Assembly: GCA_001244265.2 (NCBI GenBank)
Contig: CDLV01000009.1
Coordinates: forward strand, 1-64,000
Direction of reading: 5' to 3'
Length of the DNA: 64,000 nt
Source: Microbotryum violaceum
Lineage: Eukaryota
Part shown: positions 1 through 11,661 of the stretch, piece by piece
Layout: each line of letters begins with the position of its first letter
How positions within the stretch are numbered: the stretch's first letter is position 1
Made by a program: the position numbers and the translations under genes
The notes under the pieces: model-generated
Database searches by the model: none
What the model saw: the letters and a program-made list of their open reading frames with translations, nothing else
What the model was told of the DNA's origin: nothing

Positions 1-1596
1 GTGCCGAGCTGAGTGCGCCGACACAGATCAAGGCGAGGTGAGGTGAAGCGTGTCGATAGAGAACTTGGCAGATGGGTCGAGAGTCGGTTCGGTCGGTCGA
101 CCGATGGATCGGACCAAAGGTCGATGGTGCGGATGGGCGTCGATTGAATGTTCGCCGAGTCGAGCAACAGTTTCCGACAGACTCCGAGTTTTCCACGTCG
201 ATGAGAGTCGTCGATGAGAGTCGTCGATGAGACCCGTCGATTTGATCAAGAGAGATGCGAGCGGTCGCTCGACGACGCGAGTGAACGATGTGGGGAGGCG
301 GAGGTGATCCTCGAGTGAAGCGACAAAGATCGAGTGAGGTGTGCATCGATGCCAGACCACAGGAAAGTTGCGCATCTTTTTGGCGGTGCTGATGTGGGTT
401 GCGCACTGTGATCGCAGAGTAGGGTCGAACAAGTCACAGAGCGGTTCGGTGCGAAGCTCGGATGCCAGCGAGTCGGCCAACGCGCGATCTGAACTAGAGT
501 GATAAGTAGCAAAGACAGACATGAGGTGAGCGAAGAAGGTGAGAGCTTGGTACGATCTGAATGAAGAGCTCACCACATTCATCGGTCGAGCAGCGAGAGG
601 GCGACCGGGGTGAACGAGGCGATGCGCTGACCGGGCACGTGTACGACCGAGAACGCTCGAGCGAAGCATCGACGTGTGCTTGGACGCTGCTGAAAGTGAC
701 CACGCCCTCTCAGGGTGCAGTTTCAGTTGTACGGTGTTGATGATGGCAATGTTGGACATGTCATTAACCGTGTTGTGCGACGTCGCACCGTGCGCGCATC
801 AGAGTCGGGTCCAGGTGACACGTCGAGCTGCAGTTGGGAGAGATCGAGTTGCATCTCGCAGATTGCATGGCGCATGTGAACGATGTGAAAGCATGTGACG
901 TGGACATCCGAGGTAGTCATCGCAGTCAGAGACGTAACCGGTCGAGGCGTCTGAAGGCGAACGCGAGCACAAGTAGAGGTCCGGGCGCGGGTCAGGATCC
1001 GAGTTCGGTTCCGGGCCAAGTAAATGTCACCGTCATCGTCATTGTTCGTGATGGCTAGGCCGTCTATGTTTTCCCCCACGACGACATCAAGGCTGGGAAC
1101 GTGGGCCTGGAACATGGACCTGAAACATGGGCCAACTTCACAGACCCTCACCACGTCGCTTTCGAGCCATTCTTGGGTGCTGAACATGTTGTTTGTGTAC
1201 TCAAGTATATGGTTCTCTTGGTGGTGACCAAATGTGCGTGTGAGCTTGTGAGATGCGATTGAAGACACGATTCCTCGTGGTTTTGACGGGGTATCCCGTC
1301 AAAACTTTGGCTGGTGAGCTTGGACCCATTACCGAAACACATTGTCAATTAGTGGAATGTAAGGTCTAAGCCAGTGAAAGAGCTAATGTAATGTAATTAC
1401 CCGCTCGCGCTCCAAAAACCATGCGCCGTGGTCTCGCGCGTCTTTCCCACACTCACGCCAGTGGTCGCGCGACCGCGGCGTTGTTGGCGGCAACCTCACT
1501 CATTGTCCGTCCCGCAGACCGCCGTGTCCGCACCCGCGACCGACAAGTGGACGGACATGGGGTTGCGGTACGCACATGACAATTTCGAATGAACAT

Positions 1597-2896
1597 AAGC
1601 ACAATGCCTACTAGCACAAATCAAGCATGTACACACCAGTTGGGATCGGGACAGGATTACAACAAACTTATCTACGTCTACAAGTCCTCAAGTCTGCCGT
1701 GCCTCAGCTCCAGCGGCACACCGAAGCCCGAAATGGGTTTCCCATTTCGGGGATCGCGAGCGCCGGTGGCCGAAGGCTGCGAGTGCGGCTGCTCCCACCC
1801 CTCTCTCAAACACCACAGGGTGCTCGCGCGAGCTTCTTTGCAAGGGGCTCTCAGGAGTCTGTGCCATGTGGTATTTGGCAATTGCCCATATATACAGTGG
1901 ATTTCAGCAGTGCACGAGCAATTGACCGTGCACCTCGATTTGGCGGTTTTTGGCTTGTGCCGCCCTTCAACGTCGAAAAAGTGGATTTCAGCAGTGCACG
2001 AGCAATCGACCGTGCACCTCGATTTGACGGTTTTTGGCTTGTGCCGCCCTTCAGAGTCGAAAAAGTGGATTTTAGCAGTGCACGAGCAATTGACCGTGCA
2101 CCTCGATTTGACGGTTTTTGGCTTGTGCCGCCCTTCAGAGTCGAAAAAGTGGATTTTAGCAGTGCACGAGCAATTGACCGTGCACTGTCAATTTTCATTT
2201 TCACTGGGAATTTGGGGTTCTATTCCAAAACGTATCCGGAATTGGCCTGTACCCCACCTATGATACGTATATACTAGTGTCCTTGAGTATACTCAAAGCA
2301 CAATGCATAATAGCACAAATTAAGCATGTACACATCAGTTGGGATTGGGACAGATTTACAATAAACTTATTTACGTCTACAAGTCCTCAAGTCTGCCGTG
2401 CCTCAGCTCCAGCGATATACCGAAGCCCGAAATGGGTTTCCCATTTCGGAAATCGCGAGCGCCGGTGGCCGAAGGCTGAGAGTGCGGCTGGCCCCACCCC
2501 TCTCTCCAACTTAATACCACAGAATCCTCGCGCGAGCTTCTTTGCAAGCGCCTCGCGGAAGTCTGTGCCATGTGATATTTGGCAATGGCCCATATATACA
2601 GTGGATTTCAGCAGTGCGCGAGCAATTGACCGTGCACCTCGATTTGACGATTTTCGGCTTGTGCCGCCCTTCAGAGTCGAAAAAGTGGATTTTAGCAGTG
2701 CACGAGCAATCGACCGTGCACCTCGATTTGACGGTTTTTGACTTGTGCCGCCCTTCAGAGTCGAAAAAGTGGATTTCAGCAGTGCACGAGCAATTGACCG
2801 TGCACTGTCAATTTTCATTTTCACTGGGAATTTGGGGTTCTATTCCAAAACGTATCCCGGAATTGGCCTGTACCCCACCTATGATACGTATATACT
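1597..2896. repeat. Tandem duplication of a ~600-680 bp unit (1597-2275 and 2296-2896), each containing an internal array of 84-bp repeats
   Basis: Both units begin aagcacaatgc and end ccccacctatgatacgtatatact. The 84-bp repeat (gtggatttcagcagtgcacgagcaattgaccgtgcac...) starts at 1897/1981/2065/2149 in unit 1 and at 2601/2685/2769 in unit 2. Confidence 0.95.
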
Positions 2897-3230
2897 TGCA
2901 TCAACACGACCTGATGTTACTGAGTCAAAAATATTTTAATATTCAAAAAACTCATTTGTTTTTCCAAGTGGAGGTATTACAACTTCCACCACTAGACCTA
3001 GTAATGTCTATTAATCTGCTGGAGGTCAGAGCACCCCTGGAACAGGGGTACTTACTCAGCTGTCCAGCTCTTGAGCTCGCACAGACCACCTGACCTCCAC
3101 TTATTAGTCATGGCTGGCCTCTGAGAAATTCCTTCTACGTCTGAAATTCGGATTAGAATCTATTCTCTCATTAGCCTTCTCACTAATAGAATTTAGCAGC
3201 TAGTAGTGAATTCTTTCTGGTGAAAGGCCT

Positions 3231-3299
3231 TAGAAGCGCAAGCGCCTGATGAGTTTGTCCTTTGACAACGAAACAACTGCATTGTCGTGCAGCGCTCTA
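3231..3299 (+). ncRNA. Type I hammerhead ribozyme, predicted cleavage after C3286 (GUC triplet)
   Basis: Core CTGATGA 3246-3252. Stem II GTTTGTC/GACAAC (one bulged T, loop CTTT) closed by G3253-C3269. GAAA 3270-3273. Stem III (A)CAA/TTG(T) with loop CTGCA. GTC 3284-3286. Stem I GCGC/GTGC, extended by AGCGC/GCGCT and TAG/CTA across a small internal loop. Confidence 0.85.
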
Positions 3300-3544
3300 C
3301 TCACCAAGTCCAACTCTTCATTCGTCAAGACGACTACCTACTTCAAGTTTCTAACCCTAGATGAAAGAAGAAAGCAAGATATCTAGTGTACAGTTCGACG
3401 AGACCTATACTCGATCGAGAGGGTCCAAGCAAGTAATTAAATGAGCGAGCTTCGCCAAAAAGAAGAATACTGCAATTGCAAATTACCACCGCTCCTCATC
3501 TACCTCTCGCCCTCGTCCAAACACCAACTCAGCCCCTCAACCCC

Positions 3545-6500
3545 TCATGTCCGAGCTCTCTCGCGACTCATCCTCGTTCTCCTCAATAGCCAAGTGAACG
3601 ACTCCTTGACAGCATTCGGATTGGTGCTCGACACAGAGCTGCAAGCAAAATGCAAAAGGTCAATCAGTGAATACGCTTGAACGACCGACCAACTTCAGAC
3701 AATCGTCAACTCACGCCTCGAACCTGCCCAAGAATTCCTTCTTCTCCTCCTCCGAAGCGATCCTCGTGGGTAAATGCCCGACCGCGGTGGGAACGTTCTG
3801 CACCAATTCGTTCGCGAACTGGATCGAAAGCAGTCGCAGCACGGTCAACACGTTCCCTGTGATATCCTCGTCACCTTCTACCAGCGCGTCGATGAGCAAG
3901 GAGACGAGTTGTTGAGCCGTTGACGAGATCGTCGTTTTGATCGTCGTTGAAAAGGCCGAAGGACCGGGCGACCGAAGTGCATCGTGACCCACCACCGAAC
4001 GGACGGCATCGAGAGCGGCGAGGACAGTGTGAGGCGAGTACAATGTCAAGGTCGAGAGCACAGCTTGGAAAGCTGCGGGGAAAGCAGGTGAAGGGAGGAT
4101 CACGTCGGGACTTTGCTCTACGAGGTTGAGGAATAGGTGCATAAAGTCATCAAGTACTGCGAGCGAACGAAACAAAGCCCTGATCAGCATGGGAAACACC
4201 CAGTTTGACGTCATGTTATCAGCTTGCGCAACCCCTCACCATCCCCAATCTGCGCCGGTGGTCGCGACTGCAAGGCCTCGACAATCTTGGCCGTCTGTCG
4301 CTCAAACGCCTTCTTCACTGCCGCATCAAAACTCGCATCCTTTTTCCAAGCGAACGCATCGACCATCTTGGCCGTGATCCACAAATAGCTCGAAGCCGGA
4401 TGCCGCTCGAATTCGGTCGTCAACCTCTCCAACACCGGGGTCGAGAGAGGGAAGACGAGCTCGTCGAAAAAGTACAATCCTCTTCGGACCACGACGCTCG
4501 TCTTCTCCGCCACCATCGGATCCGTTCCATACCGAGCGAGGAAAGCATCGAGCACATGCCAAGCCTGTTCGGCCGTCGAGACGCACGAGGGAGGAGGTCC
4601 GTCGGGGAACCTATCGACGATCGCGAGCAAGCAGTCGAGTCGCTCGAGTGCGTCGCACGCCGACCTGAGTTCATCCTTGGTCGCATTCGCCGTCGCCTGC
4701 GTGAGTTGATGGACGACCTCGACGTTGGGCATACAAAAAGTCGAAAGAGCCTGAGGTGCCGTCGCCGGATCCATCGCGGCGATGATGTGCGCAATCGCGG
4801 CGGAAAGGTCGAGCAAATCTTCGGGTGCGATCTTGTTCGCGATCCCTTGCACGAACGCGTGCAAGTCGGGCAAAAAAGGTACGAGATGTTGACTACAGTC
4901 CTTACAGAGGTACTTCATCGCCTGCGCCGCCGCAGCCGAGACCTCGCCTTCTCCTTGCTCGAATCCACTCGAGATGAACGGCAAGAGTTGCTGAATGTGG
5001 TCGGGGTGGTAGTTGACCCATTCGGTGTACCGTCCGATCACAAGAATGGCGGCATAGCGAATCTTGGGGTGCGCTGGTAGACTCGTGACGAGCTTCAGGA
5101 TGGCGGGCATGATCTCGCTGTCGTGGACGTCGACTTGGGCGCCCATCGAGCGCATTGAAAACAGCGGCGCTTCAAGGTCCTGCCATTTGACGGGGCTCGG
5201 CGTCGTCGGTCGTGTCGCAGGTGTCGTCGAAGCCGACCCAGTGACGAGTCCCGGCGTCGAAGGCAAACTCGCGGCCGAGAGAGCGGACGTGATCTGTTCG
5301 TACGATTGGCGGAGACAGGCGATCGCGCCGAGGACGGAACAGCAGTCTTTGAGCGTGTCGCCGATGTCGTGACGGAATGCGCGGAACTGATCCCTCTCCT
5401 CTCCTACGAGCGCGGCGTCGTCGTCGGGGTAGTGTAGATGTCGGATGATGGTACCGACGAGTTGGGAAAAGACGCTCAAAATCGTCTGTGAGGTCGTGGC
5501 CGAAGTCCCTCTTCCCGATGCTCCGTTCGGTGTCGATGAACCCGAGGCGTCGCCCTTTGACCGCCCGAGCCCTTGTGAGAGTCGATACCAGAATCGAAGG
5601 GTGATGCCGACAACCTCGAGATTGTCGTAAGCGGCACATTCGGCAATCGCTTCGACAAGTGGTGCGAACGAGTCTTGGTGCTCGACGATCAATCGGGTGT
5701 AGGTCTCGCCCGCTTCGACGAGGATCCGACAGTAACCTCGCATGCGGTCCTCGTCGTCCCTCGTCACAGGATCGGAAAGCATCGGTTTAAGCGCCGTCAG
5801 CCGCGGTACGAGCTCCTGGATGATCTGGACGTTGTCTTCGAGCTCTTGGGTTTCATGAATGATGTCGACGAGAAGGTCGACGGCGGTGTCGAAGCATTCG
5901 TCCGAGGCGAGCGAGGCAAAGGCGGCAGAGAGGATGGCAGATCCGGCTAATGATCTTGAAGTGGACTGTCCTGTCCGAAGCCATGATCCGAGACAGGCGT
6001 AGCACTGGTTCTGGAGTGCCGGCGTGATGCCTGTGAAGGTGGGGCGACGGGCGGAAGTCAGTTCAGGCGCTGTTGAATTGCACCACCACGACCGAAACGA
6101 GAAATTGAGCACTCACCTGGTGCCTGAACATACATTGACAGTAAATTGACAACCTGTTCGCCTTTACTGGGCCCTTTGCCGTTGGCCTGCCCCCTCCCAA
6201 AGTCATTCTTGACCTCAATCTTGAGGTTCGAGGCATACTCCTCCGCAAGCACCTGCAAGAATTCGAGCAACGCGGCAGCCATAGCGGGGTCCTGGCCCAG
6301 CAGTTCGATCATAGAGCTAGTCGGGTCGGCCCATTGTTGCGAGGTGAGTTGTAGAGCAAGGTCGGCGAGGGCGATGCAGATCTGGGTGAGGATGACGCGT
6401 GGACCGGAGACGGCGAACGAGCGCAACGCCGAGAGCAACGAGTCGCGCAGGGGGACCATTTGGGGTTCGGGTAGTTGGTCGAGGTCAAAGCTGATCTACA

Positions 6501-6852
6501 GTGTAATAAGATGAGCTTACGGTCAGCCAAGGCTTAGCAGGGGCGTCGAGCTCGGACGGACTTTGGTGCGAAAGGTCTGAGCGGCAAACAGCTTGGGCTC
6601 GATCGGTGCATCGGGCGCGATCAAGATCAGATGCGACGTAGCCCAAGCTTCGTTCTGTACGACCAAGAGAACGATGATCAGCAGTCAACACTCGTCTCCT
6701 GCCTCAACACGAGCTCATGCACGCAGGCGAGGACGAACACTCTTTTGAAAGTTGCTGAGCCAGGCGTTGGCGGTCTCCTTGGCGTCCGAGCTTGGGTCGC
6801 TGTAGAGCACATTCAGAGCTTGGATCACCTGCTGTGTGGTTGCGTCGCTCAT
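3545..6852 (-). CDS. MTR10: Importin-beta family nuclear import receptor (Mtr10/transportin-SR), multi-exon
   Basis: N-terminal ALNVLYSDP...ANAWLSNFQK, then LFAAQTFR, ILTQICIALADLALQ, FRAFRHDIGDTLKDCCSVLG, WQDLEAPLFSMRSMG and IRYAAILVIGRYTEW, matching Mtr10/TNPO3 motifs. GT-AG introns link the ORF-track segments. Confidence 0.9.
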
Positions 6853-7649
6853 GAGGAAGACTTGTGGAGTGCTACGACGAGCGGGGAGGGAGGGTGGACG
6901 GTTGGGGTGGACGGTGTGGAGTAGATCGATGAGCGCAGTGGGTGGTACGGGGGAGCCAAGGATGGAGGGAGCCGCGCAATCACCGCCTGATAGTCAAAGC
7001 TGGTCAACAGACTGAGCGAAAAGGAATGTGCGATGAGGAGGCGGGCAGAGCGTCGTACGCGTGAGCAGGAGCGAAGCGGCGGGAACGAGAGCCGGCGCCA
7101 CGATCACCGCGTCAGAATCGAGCACGAGTAGTGAGCGCTACTAAGCACTAAATAGTAAATAGTAAGCACTGTCGAGCCGCCGAGCAACTTGAGGCCGGCG
7201 ATTATTGACCGCCGACGAGTGGGTGTAACACCTCTGAGCAAACCGTGGTCGATCTCATATTGTACAATCACACCAGTCTGCAAACAAATTCCAGCCTGCA
7301 CTCTTTCGACAACCAAATCTTGGGCTTTTTCCATCCCCAGCTGAGATTTCGAAGCGCCGTCAAGTCGGTAATACTAAAGATCGGTACGAGTCGGATCGAA
7401 TCCCTCGAGCGAATCATGACTTCGAACCCAAGAAATTCGCTTTCCCTCGTCACCTTAAACAAGTTCCGCATCTTCACACAGATCACTCCGACCGTTCGAC
7501 ATTCCAGTACGGTTAATCCTCGGACTTTGTTCTACCCGAACAATGAGAAAACAAAGAAGAGGACACCAGTCTTGAAGCAAGAGGTTGACGGTGCAATGAA
7601 GGCTGTTGGAATCAACGCTGCCGACTTCCACCACCTACCGCCTCGGTGC

Positions 7650-7849
7650 CGCGTCGATGCGCTATTAGTCGGTTACGGCCCAGTGGTGGCTCCTCCACCG
7701 CTAATACTAATAACTCCTCCACCGCTAATAAAAAACTCCTCCACCGCTAATAACTTTATTAGCAGTGGAGGAGTTATTAGCAGTGGAGGAGTTATTAGCG
7801 GTGGAGGAGCCACCACTGGGCCGTAACCGACTAATAGCGCATCGACGCG
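7650..7849. repeat. 200-bp foldback (near-perfect palindrome) with three ctcctccacYgctaat repeats per arm; MITE/foldback-like
   Basis: cgcgtcgatgcgctattagtcggttacggcccagtggtggctcctccaccgctaata at the left end is the exact reverse complement of the right end. Spacers between the internal repeats differ between the arms. Confidence 0.9.
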
Positions 7850-8358
7850 AGAGGTACTCATCAACGAAGAAGAAGAAAGAAGAGAGAGAGGTGAGAGGTG
7901 GGGGGCGCTTTTATACTCGCCCTGAGGCCAGGCTTGGCGCTTATCAAGCGACTCGAGGTGAAACTCTTCGCCCTTGCCATTGACGCTAGCCCGCGCCGCC
8001 GCCGCCCGGCATCGTAGCTCCCTCGGCGCTGCGATCTTCCGAAAGGAGATCCCTCAGTCACCCAAGGTCACCAAGTCGACCTGAGTTGTAGCAGCAACAA
8101 TGAAAAAAGCAGTGCTCTTGATCGTTGAAAAATGACAGTCGTATTTTGACGCATCTGCTCGTACTGCTCTGAGTCCGAACGACCCATTACTTGTGTTGCT
8201 CCTCCATGGCTCGGAGTCATTTTGAGGGGTCAGAAGATCGAGCTGATGAGCCAGGAGCGCGCCGGTCCCCGTCACGCGCAACTTGTTCACGTCTGACGCG
8301 ACGAACATCTCAGGTACTACCCTCTCACTGCCTCATATTTCGGTCTCTCCCCGACCCT

Positions 8359-8360
<2 letters not shown>

Positions 8361-8446
<86 letters not shown>
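8361..8446. repeat. (CA)43 microsatellite
   Basis: Uninterrupted CA dinucleotide run. Confidence 0.98.
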
Positions 8447-8451
<5 letters not shown>

Positions 8452-8484
8452 GGCTCTCTACTAGTCGTGATTCTCGACGGCTCG

Positions 8485-8577
8485 ACGCTGTTCTCCTCCG
8501 AGTGGCCGATAATTCTCCTCCGAGTGGCCGATAATTCTCCTCCGAGTGGTTATCGGCCACTCGGAGGAGAACAGCGT
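8485..8577. repeat. 93-bp mini-foldback: tandem 22-bp repeats followed by an inverted copy
   Basis: acgctgttctcctccgagtggccgataa ... ttatcggccactcggaggagaacagcgt, with ttctcctccgagtggccgataa repeated about 2.7 times. Confidence 0.9.
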
Positions 8578-8619
8578 TTAGGGTTAGAGTCTCTCCCGAC
8601 AATTTTCAAAGGAGAAGCT

Positions 8620-9050
8620 CCGACCAGAACACCGAGCCCAAGACCGAATGGCCCACCGACTTCGGCAGTCAAGGCGAGCCGACCTCAGCGGGACACGTCT
8701 TCGACATGTCCTTGACGAAATTCGATCGTTTGAGAGAGCGCGTCCGGTGAAAACAACTCCTTCCCAAGAATTGTTCGGTATGGGGGCCATAGATGCGTGC
8801 TTGAAGATCATCGCTCGGCTTCGAGTCCGTGATCGGCTTGTCGTCCGCCTCAAGACCAAGACCGTATCGAGCAATGTGACAAGCGAGAGCAGCCCTCTCA
8901 AGCCCAGCAAATGCTCGATCGACGATCGTGGTGTCTTGGACGGCGCACCTCAGTCCTCGCAGCTTATCCGTGCCGTCGATGTCGACGTCAAAGTCAGGGG
9001 CTGTAGCTCCTGAATCCTGAGCGCGATCCTCAGTCAGTCAGAAAGTCCAT
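8620..9050 (-). pseudogene. Orphan tandem family, copy 1 (degenerate)
   Basis: Translates to PDFDVD...LRGLRCAVQDTTIVDRAFAGLE, matching the family motif. Frameshifts present; no downstream exons found. Confidence 0.7.
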
Positions 9051-9699
9051 GCTAGGGGCGTGGGGAGCCACATGGTGTTCGTTTTTGCTGCTGTTGGGCG
9101 GTGTGATTGACTGCATGACACCCATGGGCGAGGTGAGCGGTGCGTGGCAAAGGTGCGAAGCGATCTCCCCGATCATCACGCTCATCACTCGCCAAAGCCC
9201 CTCCAAGCCCGCGCTTGTGAGTAATCCCCCTGTGCTCCGTATGCTCAGCCTGGAAATTTCTGGCGGATGAACGAGTTTAAACTAATCAATATTGAACATT
9301 GAATTGTAAATTCTCATCGCTGAAAATATGATTTCTCCGGTCATATGAAACAGTCAACGCTCGAGATTTTCACGTCGACTAGTAATCACGCCCAGGAGAG
9401 GGGTTTCCCCGCCACGTGATATTACCGGAGAGCTCGCCAGACACCGCTTCGACGTAGAGTCGTCAAAAGGGCGGGCAACAAGTAGTGAAAAGTTGAGCAT
9501 GTTTTCGAGCTCGAATAAACTGTGTATGTGCACTAGTGACCGTTGGTAGAACCAAATAATATCATTGCAATGCAAATGCCTTGCATAAATGTAGATGTAT
9601 CGAGCATACACCTAAGGCGTGAGGAACACTCAACCGATGGACCACTAGGGATGACAAGACAAGTGAGATATATTTTTTCTTGAAAAAGACACCAAACGT

Positions 9700-9920
9700 T
9701 GCTACGAGCTTGAAAGTATGCATCACCTCGGAAGCTGAGATCAGAGCAGCAAGCCCACGAGCGACGATCGTCGTGTCTTGGACTGCGCATGTCAGGCTAG
9801 GAATCGGGTCGGGATTGCTGGCAACGTCCAAAAGTCGACATTGGGGATGACTTGACATGAGGTGATTTTCGGGGTTCTCGAGTCGACCAAAATACACCGC
9901 CGAGCAAAGGGGCTTGATCT
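9700..9920 (-). pseudogene. Orphan tandem family, copy 2 (fragment)
   Basis: SLTCAVQDTTIVARGLAAL motif; similarity stops after it. Confidence 0.65.
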
Positions 9921-10365
9921 CCACCCCAACATGATCTCACCCCACGCGATGGGGTCCTCCTAAGCAGAATGCCCCGCTGGATTTCGCCTCGAGTTGAAGC
10001 GGCGCGATACGTCACCATCGAGCATAACATAATCCAAGCAGCGTCTATCTCATGTAACTTAGTCGCTGAGATCTTCAATCACAAAAACCGATATGATCTT
10101 GCAATGCAGAGAATGGAAGCAGCTTTCAAAGGTGGATCAAGTGAGAAACTGAAGGCAAGGCCGCGACCGCAGTGTGCCGAGAACGTCAATGATGCGAGGT
10201 TTGTGCATATGACCAAGGAAACAGAGTGCTGTAGCCAAATTCGGAGTCTCATCCGAGAAGCTTGCACGAGAGGACACTTCGTCTTTGGTGATCGATCGAC
10301 TTCCTCGGACAGCGCTGAGAGCGATGTATAGAGTGAGCCGGGGCGAACGAGCACGAGCACGAGAG

Positions 10366-11661
10366 CTACAACGCGCCAGAGATTATGGGCAAGCCATCGA
10401 AATCGTACTTGGGAAGCGAATACATCTTGTCGCGGACCTTGTTCTTGACGTCTTCGCTGGGAGCTTCTATCTCAAAGCTCGGATGATGGGTCATAAACAG
10501 CGAGATCAAAACAGATATACCAGGACGATGGGGGGCGTCCGAATTGGTGCTCGGATTTTCGACCACTGCCGAGTAGCCGTGATCGAGGAGATGCAACCTT
10601 CCGTCGACCTTGACTGTGCATGAGAAAGCAGGATCCTCCTTTGTTCAGCACTTTTCACGACTGTTAACAGCGGATTCGCGGACTCGCCAAGCTCGACCAG
10701 TATGAAGTAAGGAGATGCAATGAGGAGTGCCAAACGGGCATTCTCGCAATCGATAAGACTGATAGCGGCCTGAAAATGAAATCGCAAGCGCAGAGAAACT
10801 GTCAGATACAAAGACACGTATCAGATCTGTGGCGGTATTCTCTCCACCCAACTTCCCTGTGTCAACACATTCTCGTAATCCCGCCCCTCAAAGCCTTCGA
10901 AAAGCACCTCCAGGAAACGACGATCGACCCCTTTTTTGCGACATGACTTGCAAGCCCGCCAAGCCGTCTGTGTAAATTCGCAAGCCCTCTTTGTTGTACT
11001 TGAGCTCGAAATCTTCGAATTCGATCGCTACAACCGTCGCTAAAGTTTGCGGAGCCGCAATCGAGGACGAAATCTGACTTTTACCGCACTCGCGGACGAG
11101 GGAAAAGTGGCGACGGAAATCCGTAGGTCCCGACTTGGTCAACTTGAGGTCCGGATTGTCCCACAGCAATTTCACCGCATCTAGGATAGAAGTTGACATC
11201 AAAAGTGGTAGATTTTCCATCGTCATCAAATCCCTGAATAGCTTTTCCTTCAGGTCCGGTCCGAACAGCTGCTCCCGAATCCCGAGCTTCGGCACGGACG
11301 GATCGTCGGCCACCGCGGCTTGATCACCCCCACTTCGAGCGTCGCGAGCGAACGGCTTCTCGAGCGCCGCAAGCGCACGAGCGACGATGGTCATATCTTG
11401 GACCGCACACGTCAGTCCTTGCAACCAGTCGGTGAGGTCGTCGACGTCGAGCTTGGGCGATTGGAGGTGACGACCAACCTTCACCATCTCGACCCGCTGC
11501 AAGGGGGAGGCATCGCGGAATCGGGGGCATAGCAGGGGATTCTCGGCGGCGGTGGGTGCCGACCTCGAAGTTGCCGCCGTGTGCGTCTTCAAACAAATGG
11601 GCGTGAAGCGAGGACGAAACAAAGAGGAAAATCCAAGCGAGCCTATCATTCGAGTCGACAT
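10366..11661 (-). CDS. Orphan tandem family, copy 3 (three exons; possible mitochondrial presequence)
   Basis: GLTCAVQDMTIVARALAALEK, VVAIEFED, NARLALLIASPYFILVEL and HLLDHGYSAV...LISLFMTHHPSFEI, shared with copies 4-6. Apparent frameshift near 10.9 kb. Confidence 0.7.

Noticed and set aside
1..1350. Minus-strand ORFs (243 aa and 181 aa) and TCGA-rich sequence with a short gtcgatgagagtc triplication
   Set aside because: No recognisable domain; in particular no Penelope RT or transposase motifs. I cannot support a call.
1897..2810. 84-bp repeats as a CRISPR array or as a 28-aa repeat protein
   Set aside because: There are no unique spacers, the context is eukaryotic and there are no cas genes. 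Several frames on both strands stay open only because 84 is a multiple of 3, and unit 2 has stops.
8243..8300. Other CTGANGA matches (for example 8243, 20462, 25195, 35023) as additional hammerheads
   Set aside because: They lack a paired stem II followed by GAAA and a stem III/NUH site.
8333..8715. THTHTH / CVCVCV repeat ORFs
   Set aside because: These are translations of the (CA)43 microsatellite.
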